Assembly (NCBI GenBank): GCA_002269645.1
Contig: NIVC01000860.1
Coordinates: 1-64,000 of the forward strand
DNA length: 64,000 nucleotides
Origin: Macrostomum lignano
Taxonomy: Eukaryota
Direction: 5' to 3'
The notes below the pieces were generated by a model. It was not told the origin of the DNA, did not search any database, and saw only the letters and a list, made by a program, of their open reading frames with translations. Position numbers and translations under genes: made by a program. Positions 24,430 through 41,013 of the stretch are shown here, in pieces. How positions within the stretch are numbered: position 1 is the stretch's first letter; each line of letters begins with the position of its first letter.

Positions 24430-27370
24430 AAGACAGACAGACAGACAGACAGACAGCTACACTAGAGCGGTACCCACCTGACGCAGGTCATCGCCAGTCC
24501 AGGTGAGCAGGGCAGGCTGGTCAGTCCCCCTGCAGGCCTCCCCGGGGCACCGCAGAGCCCGATGCCGCTGATTACCAGAATCCCTGCTGACGCAGTGCGG
24601 GCACTGGCACTCGAAAAAGTATTGCTCGGCAAGAGACTGCCGCCTCTCCGACCACTCATGCCTCAGATAATGCGGCCCGTAGCAATTGTAGACCTGCTTT
24701 CCAGCCGCCAAATCTGTTAGAGTTCGCACGGTCAACAGGCCGCAGTTGCCAGTTAATGTAGAAAAAGTGGAGGCCACAGAAGGCTGGCAGCTGTGGTTGA
24801 GGCAGCTGGTCAGGGGGTAAACTCCGCTGGCTATGCGCTGCTCGCCCAGCTGCAGGGTCAGGCAGTTCTCAGCCGAGTTGAACTCGTAGTGGCTGAGAAT
24901 GGCGTGCGCGTTGCAGATCAGCTGCATCACGTGACGGAGAAGCTGCGAGGCGAAACTGTCGGGATAAAGAGTGAGGCGCCGATATGTATCGAAAATATAG
25001 ATTTTTGTTGTTTAGCTATTTAGCTTTTTGAATATAGTCGCTATTAATACACCAAAAAGTAATATAATACTATAAGTACTATGTTCTAATATAGTGTTCT
25101 CTCATGTCATAATGTGTCTCGGTATCTTTATTATTGTGTCTCAGTGTTTGTATAAATGTGTCTCAGAGGGTTTTATGCGTCCAATGTGCGTCCTGATGTG
25201 CTTTGTCATGTCCGGATACGTCTTGATGTGTCTTGATGCGTCCTGATGTCTCTTGATATGTCTTGATGTGTCTTGATGTGTCCTGATGTCTCTTGATGTG
25301 TCTTGATGTGTCCTGATGTCTCTTGATGTGTCTTGATGTGTCCTGATGTGTCCTGATGTCTCTTGATGTGTCCTGATGTGTCTTGATGTGTCTTGATGTG
25401 TCTTGATGTGTCTTGATGTGTCCTGATGTGTCTTGATGTGTCCTGATGTGTCCTGATGTCTCTTGATGTGTCCTGATGTGTCCTGATGTCTCTTGATGTG
25501 TCTTGATGTGTCCTGATGTGTCTTGATGTGTCTTGATGTGTCCTGATGTCTCTTGATGTGTCTTGATGTGTCCTGATGTGTCTTGATGTGTCCTGATGTG
25601 TCTTGATGTGTCTTGATGTGTCCTGATGTCTCTCGATGTGTTCTGATGTTTCTTGATGTGTCCTGATGTGTCTTGATGTGTCTTGATGTGTCCTGATGTG
25701 TCTTGATGTGTCCTGATGTGTCCTGATGTGTCCTGATGTCTCTTGATGTGTCCTGATGTGTCTTGATGTGTCCTGATGTCTCTTGATGTGTCTTGATGTG
25801 TCCTGATGTGTCTTGATGTGTCTTGATGTGTCCTGATGTCTCTTGATGTGTCTTGATGTGTCCTGATGTGTCTTGATGTGTCCTGATGTGTCTTGATGTG
25901 TCTTGATGTGTCCTGATGTCTCTCGATGTGTTCTGATGTCTCTTGATGTGTCCTGATGTGTCCTGATGTGTCTTAATGTGTCCTGATGTCTCTTGATGTG
26001 TCCTGATGTCTCTCGATGTGTCTTGATGTGTTCTGATGTCTCTTGATGTGTCCTGATGTCTCTTGATGTGTCTTGATGTGTCCTGATGTCTCTTGATGTG
26101 TCTTGATGTGTCCTGATGTCTCTTGATGTGTCTTGATGTGTATTGGTATGACCTGGTGTGTATTGATGTGTCCCGACTTATCCTAATGTGCCCTGCTGTG
26201 TCGTGGGCATGTCTTCTACAGTAGCTATACTTATTCTTAGTTTTACTCCTTAATTACGCTCGTAGTTGCCTACCCAAGAAGGAATCTAGATTGCTAATTA
26301 ATCAGCTAGAAATCTATCAGCAAAGTGCTTCAGCACAGCTGACAACTCACAGCTCTGTCAGTCTGTCACTGGGCCGATCGGGTCCAGCGAGAAGACCTCG
26401 ACTGACTGCAACACCCGCCAGCTGTCTGGCTACCTGGCGATATTTGGCGACATCGTCAAGCTGATGATGCTCAGCGTTGTCGCACAACCCATCGACAGCT
26501 GAGTAGTCAGCGGGAAAGCAGCGAGGTACGGGCGCGCCAGCCAGCCACTGGGAGGCGCCGGAGGGGCTAAGGCTTGAGCAGGCAGTTAGCAGGATGCGAT
26601 AGGCCAGATGGCCAATGCCTGTAGATTCGATCAGGTCAAGATCGGCGCATTCGAACCTGCAGTTTGATCATTTGTGTTAGCATCGATATATTAATATTTT
26701 AGTTATAGTGTTGCTGCAGTATATTAATTAGATTTGTGTACTTCAGTGTCCATCTGTGCGTCCATGCTTGGGAGCAACCTAGGGATTCACCCGGCCGTTT
26801 CTATTGGCAGCACACACACGGAATGTGTGTGTGTGTGTGTTGCCAATAGAAACAGCCGGGTGATTCCCAAGGTTGCGCATGTATTTGTGCGTCTGTCTTA
26901 GGGTCAAACCTATCATAGACTAGTGTATGTGTTAGTGTCAGTCAGACTGTTTTACCGTCTGTCTGTCTGTTTGTCTTTCTGTCTGTCTGTCTGTCTGTGT
27001 GGACTCTATCTGGACTCTGTCGTCAGTCCATCAGCAAGCACAGGAGCAGCCAATCGCACCTGTGGTAGTCACTAGCCCGCCTGCAACAATCGGCATCGCA
27101 GAATCGAATGCCACAGTCATTGCAGCAAACAGACTGGGGTTGTGGCTTTGTCGCCAAGGCCAGCGGCGCCAGACAGTGATAGCAGAAATAAGGCCAACAG
27201 TGCCGCAGCAGCACAGTGCAGTAAGGTAACTCTTTGTAAAGTATCTCGCCTTTAACCAAAGGTCGCTTAGCAACAGCATAGCGACCGCACTCGGGACTGC
27301 ACTGGATTACCAGCGAGTCGTGAAATTCAAGATTTTGCAGAAAGAAATTTTCTAATTGAAAATTATTGAC
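20066..27370 (-). CDS. SMYD4: SET and MYND domain protein, SMYD4-like; start codon/N-terminal exons not located
   Basis: Exons ~27370-27060, 26656-26351, 24955-24478, 21463-21231 and 20324-20066, all phase compatible. Motifs: [24 protein letters not shown]...CNDC...FC...C...YHRFEC, QLICNAH, SET LNHSCQP and YGPHY, post-[14 protein letters not shown]-terminal [16 protein letters not shown]. Confidence 0.85.
20555..21070. repeat. 20-bp minisatellite (CTCTGATCCCACACTCTACC)
   Basis: Tandem repeat in the last SMYD4 intron. Confidence 0.93.
21471..24457. repeat. (GATA)n/(GACA)n microsatellite filling a SMYD4 intron
   Basis: About 3 kb, with internal higher-order periodicity. Confidence 0.97.
25195..26170. 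repeat. 10-bp minisatellite (TGATGTGTCY)
   Basis: Tandem repeat. Confidence 0.95.
26774..26876. repeat. Long inverted repeat / hairpin (about 46-bp arms)
   Basis: GCAACCTAGGGATTCACCCGGCCGTTTCTATTGGCAGCACACACAC versus its reverse complement, 4 mismatches. Confidence 0.9.
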
Positions 27371-27899
27371 ATCTAAATAAAACCTTCACAAAGATAGTAG
27401 GCATTCCCCCTAAATAGAATCCCCAGAAAGCAAGCATTGCCCCAAATAGCAAGCATCCCTGGATAGCAAGAATCCCTAGATAGCTAGCACCTACCAAATA
27501 GCAAAGTTAACAAAGTTTAGTATAACTAACACACTTTTTACTGCTTATGCAAAACAAAATACATGTATATGTAATAGAAATTAGTTAATTTTTAGCCACT
27601 TTCAAAATTTTGACTTTTAAATTTTTTTAAAATAGAAATTTGCTCCTCAAAATTTCAAATTTTGGAAAATCAAAATTGAAATTTTAGAACATCTTTAAGC
27701 ATTATAAATGACGAGTGTATAGGCCCCTTCTATAGAGGTATTAGGCCCCTTTCTATATTTATTTGCTAGAGCAGTAGCCAGCAGGAAAGGGCAGCATGTG
27801 CGCAGGCACTATGCACCTGTGCACACACTGCACTTTAGAAAAATTTCAAAAGTGAACCAGACGCTGTCCACAGTTTTACAATTTTTTTCTTATAGGGTT

Positions 27900-28180
27900 T
27901 TCTGATTTAGTGCAATAGTTATTTTTTATCTAAGGCAATAATCATTTTGAGATTTAATGCAATAATCTTTTTCTTATCTAGTGCAATAATCATTTTCTGA
28001 TTTAGTGCAATAATCATTTTCTTATCTAGTGCAAGAATCATTTTTTGATATAGCACAATTATCATTTTCTCATCTACTGTAATAATTCTTTTTTATCTAG
28101 AACAATAATCTTTTTTTCACTAATAATTTTTTTTATTATCAAGTGCAATAATGATTTTCTGATCTATTGCAATAATCTTT
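27900..28180. repeat. Degenerate AT-rich ~30-bp tandem repeat (TAGTGCAATAATCATTTTCT core)
   Basis: Recurring core, poorly conserved. Confidence 0.6.
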
Positions 28181-29873
28181 TTATTTAATAAATCCTTTTA
28201 TAAAAGCTTCTAACAAAAACATATACTATTAAGATTTAAACACATTGTTACATTAGCAGTGCAGTCAATTTGCTTCTAGGCTAGCTCTTATCAACTTTAT
28301 AAAATGAATTATGCCATTTATAATTGAATACTCATACCAAGTCAGTTGAGTAAAAGTCACAAGAAGCAGTTATGACATGATCAATATCTCAGTTGGAGAA
28401 TATTAGCCAAATTAAAGGTAACAATATAATGATACAATATAACTCAAATCTCATGCTGCTTCTACAATGTCTTCAATACTGCCACAATTCAAGTCAGAGT
28501 TATGATAATTCAGTTATAATGCAATCTTTATTAGAATCAGAATTCAACCAATTATTTTTTCTCTAGCATTCTTACAATGTATTTAAGTTGAAAAGTCTGC
28601 TTGACCTTTGCAAAAAAGCATGCTTTTCAAATATTAACATATCAACCTATTAACAAACCATTTTAAGTATAGATGGCAAAAAAAGTTTTATACTTTTTTA
28701 GGTATAAAACTAACTTTTAAAAGCACTATAACAAAGGTTCTGTTAACATACATGCGCAACCTCCAAAATTTGATCGGCCGTGCGACTTAGTTTCTACAAA
28801 AATGCAATAGTTTTTGGCCAAAAATGTGAGTTACATGTTTATGAGTTACATAAATGGCAGGAGTAACTATAACTGTCTTATTAAGGCAAAATGCCTTGTT
28901 ATCTACTTAGTATTACTTGGGTATTTATTTGGGTGGGTGGGCATTTTTGTGACTTACCTTGGTTGGCTACCAAACTGGTCAGCCAGATTGGCCGACTCGG
29001 CCAACTATTGCGCATGTATATATATTAATATAGATTTATTTTCAAAATATAAAGGAAAATAACTAGAAAGGTACATTATGTATAGAAATTAGTTAACTAA
29101 AAAACAAAAAAGTAATATCTAAAATATAGCAAAAAATAATTCTTAGGCAAACATATTATTAACAATAACCTACAAAAAACAAAATCATAGTACCACATTA
29201 TCAATATCATGTCTATGACTATACTATGTTGCTAAAACATTTTTGGACAAAAATTAAATTAAAATTACATTTAAATAATTTAAAGTTTAAAAATATACAA
29301 ATTTTAAATAAAATCCAAATACTAAAATGGTTTGTTGGTAAGTAAGTATCAATATATATTTTTTATATTCAAAATGCTACGCTTATTTAAATTTAAATAT
29401 GCAGCTTGCGCTATGCTAAATTGTTACTATTTTGTCTTTATTAAATGCATTGAGCTAGGGCCTATTGACCTAACTTAAGCAAAAGTAAAAGGGCCAAAAA
29501 GGCTTTTATGCACCAAAATTTTTAAGGCAAAAGTATATCATCCTTAAGTACTATATAGCCAATATCTAATACGCCTATTAAGGAAATGCAATATTAAAAT
29601 ATTAAAAATTTAAAATAAAACTTTTAAAAAGATTAGGCCTATATACTACCTTTGGCCTCAATTTGTTTAGTATGGGCATGGCATTGCACTACTCTAGGTA
29701 ATATATATTATAATATCAAGTGTTTCAATTCTAGGTCTTATTTATATTTGGTATCATTGGTCATTGCATTGTATCCTCATTTTATAATATTTTAAATATA
29801 TCCTTACCTTAGGCCCTGCCACCCTATTACAGCCAAAGTCTAAACTACAGTAGACAACTCCATTTAATATATA

Positions 29874-30054
29874 TGGACTTCTTCAAGTTTATGTTGATAA
29901 AATAGTTTCAATTTGGATAGGATCATAATTTTGTCTCTATAAAGGTTTTTGATGGTGCTGATTTCAAATTTCAGCTTCATTTTTAGGTAGCTTTAATCCA
30001 ATTATATGTAGCTTAAAACCAACCATTTCATCAACATAAACTTGAAGAAGTCCA
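29874..30054. mobile_element. MITE with 25-bp terminal inverted repeats in TA-rich flanks
   Basis: TGGACTTCTTCAAGTTTATGTTGAT (29874-29898) and its exact reverse complement (30030-30054), no ORF inside. Confidence 0.75.
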
Positions 30055-31050
30055 ATATATTAGGCCTATATCAAGCCAATGCTCGCACCAATGAACATAG
30101 ACCATATAGGGCATGGTCTATGTCTATACTACTGAGGCCTAAAGGCTAATCTATGCTAAATATTATTTGCAATTATGACCATTTATTGGCTGCTATAATT
30201 GCAATAGAGTCTCTAGGCTCTAAGGTGCCAATTACAAAATAGGCATCCATAAGGATTTTTCAAAAAAAAATCAAAAGATTAATCAAAGACAAAATACTTA
30301 AACAACTCTTTAGAGTTCAGTTCCTAATCTTAGTATTATAAAAATATATTTTGAAGAAGTTTTTTACTTACTGATTTATTTAGGTTATTTTATTTTAGAA
30401 TCTAAGACAATGTCATTAAGTAATAATTAGGCCTACATAATTTGCAAAATTTGCATTGCCATTGTGGCCATTGCAGCTTTTTATTTTCAAAAAATCTAAT
30501 TTTTATCTGAGTTTGTTTTTGAGTGCATATTGGAATGTCACAGAAGGAAATCAGGACGCACGTCACTCACTGAATTCCCAATTAATACATAGGCCTAGAC
30601 ATAGGCCTAAAAAGTCAGCTCTTGAATGAAGAGCTGCTCTTCTAGTCCTAGCTCAAAACGGCCATAGCTCAAAAAATGCTCATGCTAGCCCCGCTGATAA
30701 TGATAATTCACTAATTTATTATAATAATTTAATTCCATTTAACACAACTCTTGCAATAACCAACAATTGAACTAACATTAGCCACATACCGGGTGATTCT
30801 CATCATTTGGTTAAAATATATTACGCCAATAGGCCTAATGAAGCTTTTAAAATAATAATTCAACTAAATAAAAAGCTTTCCTTTTTGCTAATGCTTCAAA
30901 ACAAAAACGTTAAGAACTATCCTCCGACGTATTTGCCCTAACTGTTCCGTTTTTACTACGAAACAAAACATGTTGAAAATTTGTTTTATCGTTTTTAAAA
31001 GAACTTTAGTCGGTTTTTGTTAAAATAAAAAATAAGTTTCGTCCTCTACT

Positions 31051-31074
31051 CAAGGACGACTTAAGTCGTCCTTG
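31051..31074. mobile_element. 24-bp perfect palindrome flanked by 8-bp direct repeats (minimal DNA-transposon derivative or footprint)
   Basis: CCTCTACT|CAAGGACGACTTAAGTCGTCCTTG|CCTCTACT. Confidence 0.6.
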
Positions 31075-31559
31075 CCTCTACTTTTAATAAAGAACCGACA
31101 AAGATGAATCGCAAACGTTTGCTTCTGTCTAATGCCCTTATTTTTAGCCTCCTTACTTTAGCTTCGAATGCCGTTATTTTTGTGACTCCAAATACTGGGA
31201 CTACGTAACTAAATTAGTAAATAAATTTAGTGTTGAGTATTCATTTTTGTTCGTTTTCTTTTCTAGTAAATTAAAACGATATTTGCTGTGCTGATAGCAT
31301 TAGCTCTCGCTCGTCATAAAAAATGCTCTTGTTATAAAAACAAAGAAAATACTCCAGCTGTCACAGTCGTATATCTAAGTATGGTAATTTATATCCACTA
31401 TTTGGACTCAAACCAGTCTTTTATACAATGACTATCCGAATCCTAAGTCGTATTCCGTAAGGCGTACGTTTTATGAATGCGAATTATGCAAACCTGTGAA
31501 AGTCATTTAGTTTTGAAGTACGCCTTTATATTGTAAATAAACTCTCTTATCTTAACGAA

Positions 31560-31631
31560 GCGACTGTGGTGTAACGGTTAGCATGGATGCCTTCCAAGCA
31601 TTCGACCCGGGTTCGACTCCCGGCAGTCGCA
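31560..31631 (+). tRNA. tRNA-Gly(TCC)
   Basis: Acceptor stem GCGACTG/CAGTCGC, anticodon loop CTTCCAA, T-loop GGTTCGACTCC, T5 terminator at 31635. Confidence 0.95.
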
Positions 31632-32355
31632 CCATTTTTATCGTAGATTTTTCCCGTCTAATTTTTTTGTACATCTACTTTCTTTAAAAACGCTTTCTAC
31701 TAGTGCGTTGAAATTAACAGCAGCTTGGTATTTAAGTAAAATATAACTAATAACTTATTGCTGTTTTAACTGTAATCATTTTCGTTTACCAATAGTAGTA
31801 TACAAAGCTTCCTTGCTTTAAATTGCATTTATCTCTGAAAAAAATGAGGACACACACACACAAAGTACCCAAACAGCTGGAGAGTTGACAAAGTGTGTGA
31901 TGAAAGAGCAAGTTTAACAAGATAAGACGCTGCGCAGAATTAAATGGATACTTCAAATAAGGAGAGAGCCTGAGCTAGCTAATCGAATTAGCAGCGGCAA
32001 AGGAAAGCCAGCAATCTTTTGACGGGGCGAGAAAATGCCTGGAAACGAAATTCTCCCAGTCTCCCCTGTCTCCATCCTACAGAATACTTGCTGTGACAAT
32101 TTAATTTTGACTTCCTTTTCAGACAGCTGCTACATATTTGGCTGAAGCTGCGAACAGCAGTGATTTTAGTTTCTTTGCCGTATTTCCATTGGCTTTAAAA
32201 ACCCTTTGAGCATACCTTAGAGTGCGTGCTTGTAGCTTTAACATAGCTAACTGCATGGGAGCTTCTGCGCTCTGCCCATCTTCCGCAAAGAGGAAATTGA
32301 TCGCATATACGTAAGCTCCTTGTCGCTTCTCGCAACGATGACAGCTCACTTCTCC

Positions 32356-37068
<4,713 letters not shown>

Positions 37069-37609
37069 ATATGTATACGAGTATATACACAGCTTTAATC
37101 TGCTCCTCAAGAAAACTACCTTAAGTGTCCAGCTTAGTTCACTGGGTACTTAAATCTTGTTTGAGAGTCTGAGACAGCTATATGTGAGTATTCTAATTGA
37201 AACTATTTCACCACGTAATGTTACTTTCAATACATATCGGCAATTTTTTTAAAAGCATTATCTAACAATTAATCACAAGGAATCGTGTGAGACATTGTAG
37301 TTAATCAAATGTAGTGTAATTTAGATAGGAAAATTAAGTTGTAACATTCAAAGATTCCAAGATGTCAGTAGATTCTTTTGAGAATTTTTTTTGACGTTTA
37401 GTATATTAAAAATACGCCAATGTGCGCAGCTCGCTACTCTCATAAATGCGCCCATTTGCATGAGAATAATATGGAGTCGGATCAGTTATAATTTACGAAT
37501 TCAAAAATTCATTTCTTACAATCTCAAAATGTTTTGAGTTGGATTGGATAAAATATAAGTTGCATGACCCGTTAACAATAACAAAGATAACCTTTTTCAA
37601 AAAATACTA

Positions 37610-37692
37610 TGCCAGAAGTGGGGTTCGAACCCACGCGGGCGCTTGCCCAGTGGATCTTAAGTCCACCGCCTTAACCTCTCGGCCATCCTGGC
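37610..37692 (-). tRNA. tRNA-Leu(TAA)
   Basis: GCCAGGATGGCCGAGAGGTTAAGGCGGTGGACTTAAGATCCAC...GGTTCGAACCCCACTTCTGGCA, long variable arm, T-run terminator downstream. Confidence 0.95.
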
Positions 37693-38715
37693 TCTACGTA
37701 ATGCTCGGCAATATGTATTTTAAAGCCGAAAGTTTTTTACTTTAAGTAATGCTTTCTCTACAAAGCCTCAACGACGAGAACGAAAACGAAAATTGAAAAA
37801 GTGACTAAACGTATAAAGCTGTAGGCTTTGACTATGGTAGATTGCATTGTCTATGCATTTGGCCTCAACACGAATGTAATTAGTCCACACTTAGTTTGCC
37901 GTTTTACGCTGATGCATGAGTCAGACATTGGAGGAGTCGGGAGTGCAAGTGTTTTATATGGGATTAATTAATTAATTACTATCATCGTGCTTCGTAATGT
38001 GATGCAACAAGCCACAATTCCGATTTTTTTCTACTATTTAGCATTATTATGATTTTGGTTGCGTAGTCCAAAACTACGACTCCGCGTATAGATTTGAGTG
38101 AGTTGGAAGCAGACTGCTGGGGTGTTTCAAAACCAAGCTTTTTGAAAGGTAGGCTCGTTCGTGTGTGTGTTGCATGCAAGGAATCATTTCTGTTGCGTTG
38201 CGGAGGCGTTGGATTCCTCGTCGCGATCCGTCGCCTGCCTAAGGAGAAGCAAAAACGAAATAACGAAAACCGCTACTCATGCTACTGTTGTCTACTAGTA
38301 CTAGTGAATATAACGTTAAAAGATTCTTTTCAATATAAAATGTCACAATGTAAATTGTAAATTGAGGACATTTTTATAAACTGGAATAATTTTCCAATCC
38401 AACAGCCGGCATAACATATATTATTATTCCCTGGAGATTCGCACTAGCGTGGGGATCCCAGATTAAAGATGCACAAATACCGCCGTAAAAACACGTATTT
38501 AAAATTGTCTAGACTAAATTGATCGTAGTGCTAAGATGAAAAAAATCCTAGAATTTCAAATCGACCAACATGAAAACGATAGTTTTTTATTAGTTTTTCT
38601 GATCTTTAACTTAGAAAACAGCCATACTTGTGCCAAATATTCACACAATTCTGTAATTTCCTGTTACCGATATGTATCGAAATAAAAATAATAATTCACA
38701 ATTCATATTACTTAG

Positions 38716-41013
38716 TTAAACGGCAAGTATACATATACGACACGCAGGCCGAGGCGGAGGTAGTGGCCTGGATCAACATTGTGGTGCCGGAGGCGAAGCT
38801 GCCAAACAGGTTGCAAGGAGCTGCAGGCGGCGCTGAAGGACGGCTCTGTGCTGGTGCAACTTGTCAATACCTACTATTGCTTGACGGCTCAACGAATCTG
38901 ACTATATATATATATATAGCGACGCAGAGAGAAGCACAGACAAAAGGACATCTAGCTAGTCTTTGCGCGGACGCGTTCGCAGAACAACCGAGAAGGGCAA
39001 GTCATGGCGGACTGGGGGCTGAGTCCGATGGCCTGCAAGTCAGTCAGAAACGTATCATTTAGCGTCACAGTTCGGCCTTGGCCACGGCGCAGGCGCTCAG
39101 TGGGCTGATGCAGGAGAGCCAGCGCCGGAGGATTTTGCTCGCCGCGGCCGTAGCTTCTTAGGCAATGGCCAAGTAACATCTGTCGGCGTTTGCGGATAGT
39201 GCAGCTGAGCGCGGGAATACCAGCGCGAGTCATCAGGTCCCTGGTCGGCACTGTATCAGGGTAGTGCACACCCAGGGCATAGCGGAGCAGCGACCTGTAG
39301 TGGGCATCCAGGGCTTGCTGTCGCGTCGCAGTCATTTGTACAGCTTCTATGCCATACAGAAGAATCGGCTCAACGGCAGTGCGGAAAAGGCGCATCTTTA
39401 GATCGTCGCGCGCGGTTGAATTGAAGATGCTCCTGAGCATGCGTGCCGCAAGCCAGGCTTGAGTTCTCCTGTCAGAGACAATGGTGTCGGGGCTCAAGAC
39501 AAGAGAGCCGAGGTAGCGGAAGTCCTCGCACACCTTGACGACTTCTCCGTTTGGTAGAGCTAGCGCAGGGGTAGTTGCAGTGCCCACGTGGAGCACCTCA
39601 GTCTTGGATGCATTGATCACCAAGCCAACTCGGGTGCCCTCTTCGTAGAGTCTAGACAGAGCCCGTTGAGCAGCAGCCGGATCGCGACACAGAAGGGCAA
39701 TGTCGTCAGCATAGGCTAGAGCAGGCAGCGAGACGGAGGGATGTCGGGAGCTTCGACTTGAGACCAGCACATAGCCATCATCTTCACGCAGGCATCGGCG
39801 AAGAACATAGTCTACTACAACAATGAAGAGTAGAGGAGCCAGCGTGTCGCCCTGGAGGACACCGGAGGTTGTGCTGAATTCTTCAGTGGGGCCTGAATCT
39901 GACTGACGAGGCAAAGAAACTACAACGTCGAATATCCTTTACAAAAATGAGCTCTCCGTTAAAACAGATCGAGAATATTGGCGTGAGACTTCTATTTGAG
40001 TTGAATATATTCGTTCAGTAAATAATCCAGCTCAAGTTGCTCAAATTCTTTTATCGTTTATGTGTGACCTGTAGATATTTCTCAGCCTTTGGTGTTCGAA
40101 AATCGAGCCTCTTCCAGACTGTTTACCTCTAAGAGGGCATGAATATGAGCCAGGTGCTAACGACATTGCTGCAGTTGGGTATTGAGGTAGGCCTAATTAA
40201 ATTACGAGCGTAATACTTATAATGCTAAGTTTCGCAAAAACACATTGTAACGTATTTAACTCCTTTGTTATATTGCTTTTCGATACATATCGGCTAGATA
40301 TAACAAACTGTTTTTTTGTAAATAATGTAGATAAGACTACATCTAGCTTACGATTGAGGCAGGCTTCAATAGCAAATATTTTTCCTTCTCATAGTTTTAT
40401 TATAAAGCTCAGTCTAAATCTTAAATAAAAACGTTTCCCTGCACTGCTAAGTAAACATCGATACACATGTATCTGCAGTATTGTAATTTTCTACTCTGTT
40501 TTCTGCACATCAAACCCACAGATGTACGAGACGTATAAAATATGTATGTATATCATTCGAAAATTTTGAAATTGACAAGTGACAAAACATTTTAAATTAC
40601 TTTTAACAAAGATTTAATGCATTAAAGACAGTTTAACACAAATTCATCTTCCTGTACAAAATATCTAAGATATTATTTCTAAATGGAGCTGTAGCTAAAG
40701 TATAGCTGCATATGCAAAACGATACTTAACTCACATACATACTATAGATCTATGGAATCTTATTTACGTATCAAACCTATGAGATTAATAAATCTCATTG
40801 TATATTTCGCTGCTTGATTATATTGTTTTCTATACATATCGGCAAAACATTATACATTCTAAAAGAACCTGTCACGCTAATTCTATTCAGTGCCAACTAT
40901 GTGGCTACACCGGTCCAGTCTGTGATCCGAAGCCGGCTCTGAAGAATCAGCGCAACTTCACGGAGGAGCAGTTCCGAGCTTCTGACGGCGTGACCGGCCT
41001 GCAGATGGCCTGA
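38716..41013 (+). pseudogene. Transgelin/myophilin/calponin-family pseudogene (CH domain plus calponin repeat)
   Basis: Pieces: LNGKY..DTQAEAEVVAWI..ELQAALKDGSVLVQLVN (38716-38897); ISFTKMSSPLKQIENIG (39934-39982); AFGVRKSSLFQTVYL*EGMNMSQVLTTLLQLGIE (40075-40186); CQLCGYTGPVCDPKP..NFTEEQFRASDGVTGLQMA (40891-41013). Frameshifts, a TAA and a LINE insertion disrupt it. Confidence 0.85.
38898..39928 (-). mobile_element. 5'-truncated non-LTR retrotransposon (RTE/RTEX-like RT C-terminal half) with (TA)n tail
   Basis: ORF 38952-39914: GVLQGDTLAPLLFIVVVDYVLR, LAYADDIALL, FRYLGS. (TA)n at 38903-38917 and a candidate TSD CGAAT. Confidence 0.9.

Noticed and set aside
26351-26656. Suspected frameshift in SMYD4 exon 2
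   Set aside because: Re-translation shows a continuous frame (..[20 protein letters not shown]..); it is absent from the ORF track only for lack of a start codon.
28260-28660. Possible decayed transposase-like text in AT-rich DNA
   Set aside because: Too many stops and no diagnostic motif to support a call.
32119-32349. 76-aa minus-strand ORF upstream of PDE9
   Set aside because: No recognisable motif; the plus strand has a strong acceptor at 32121, so this is more likely PDE 5' UTR.
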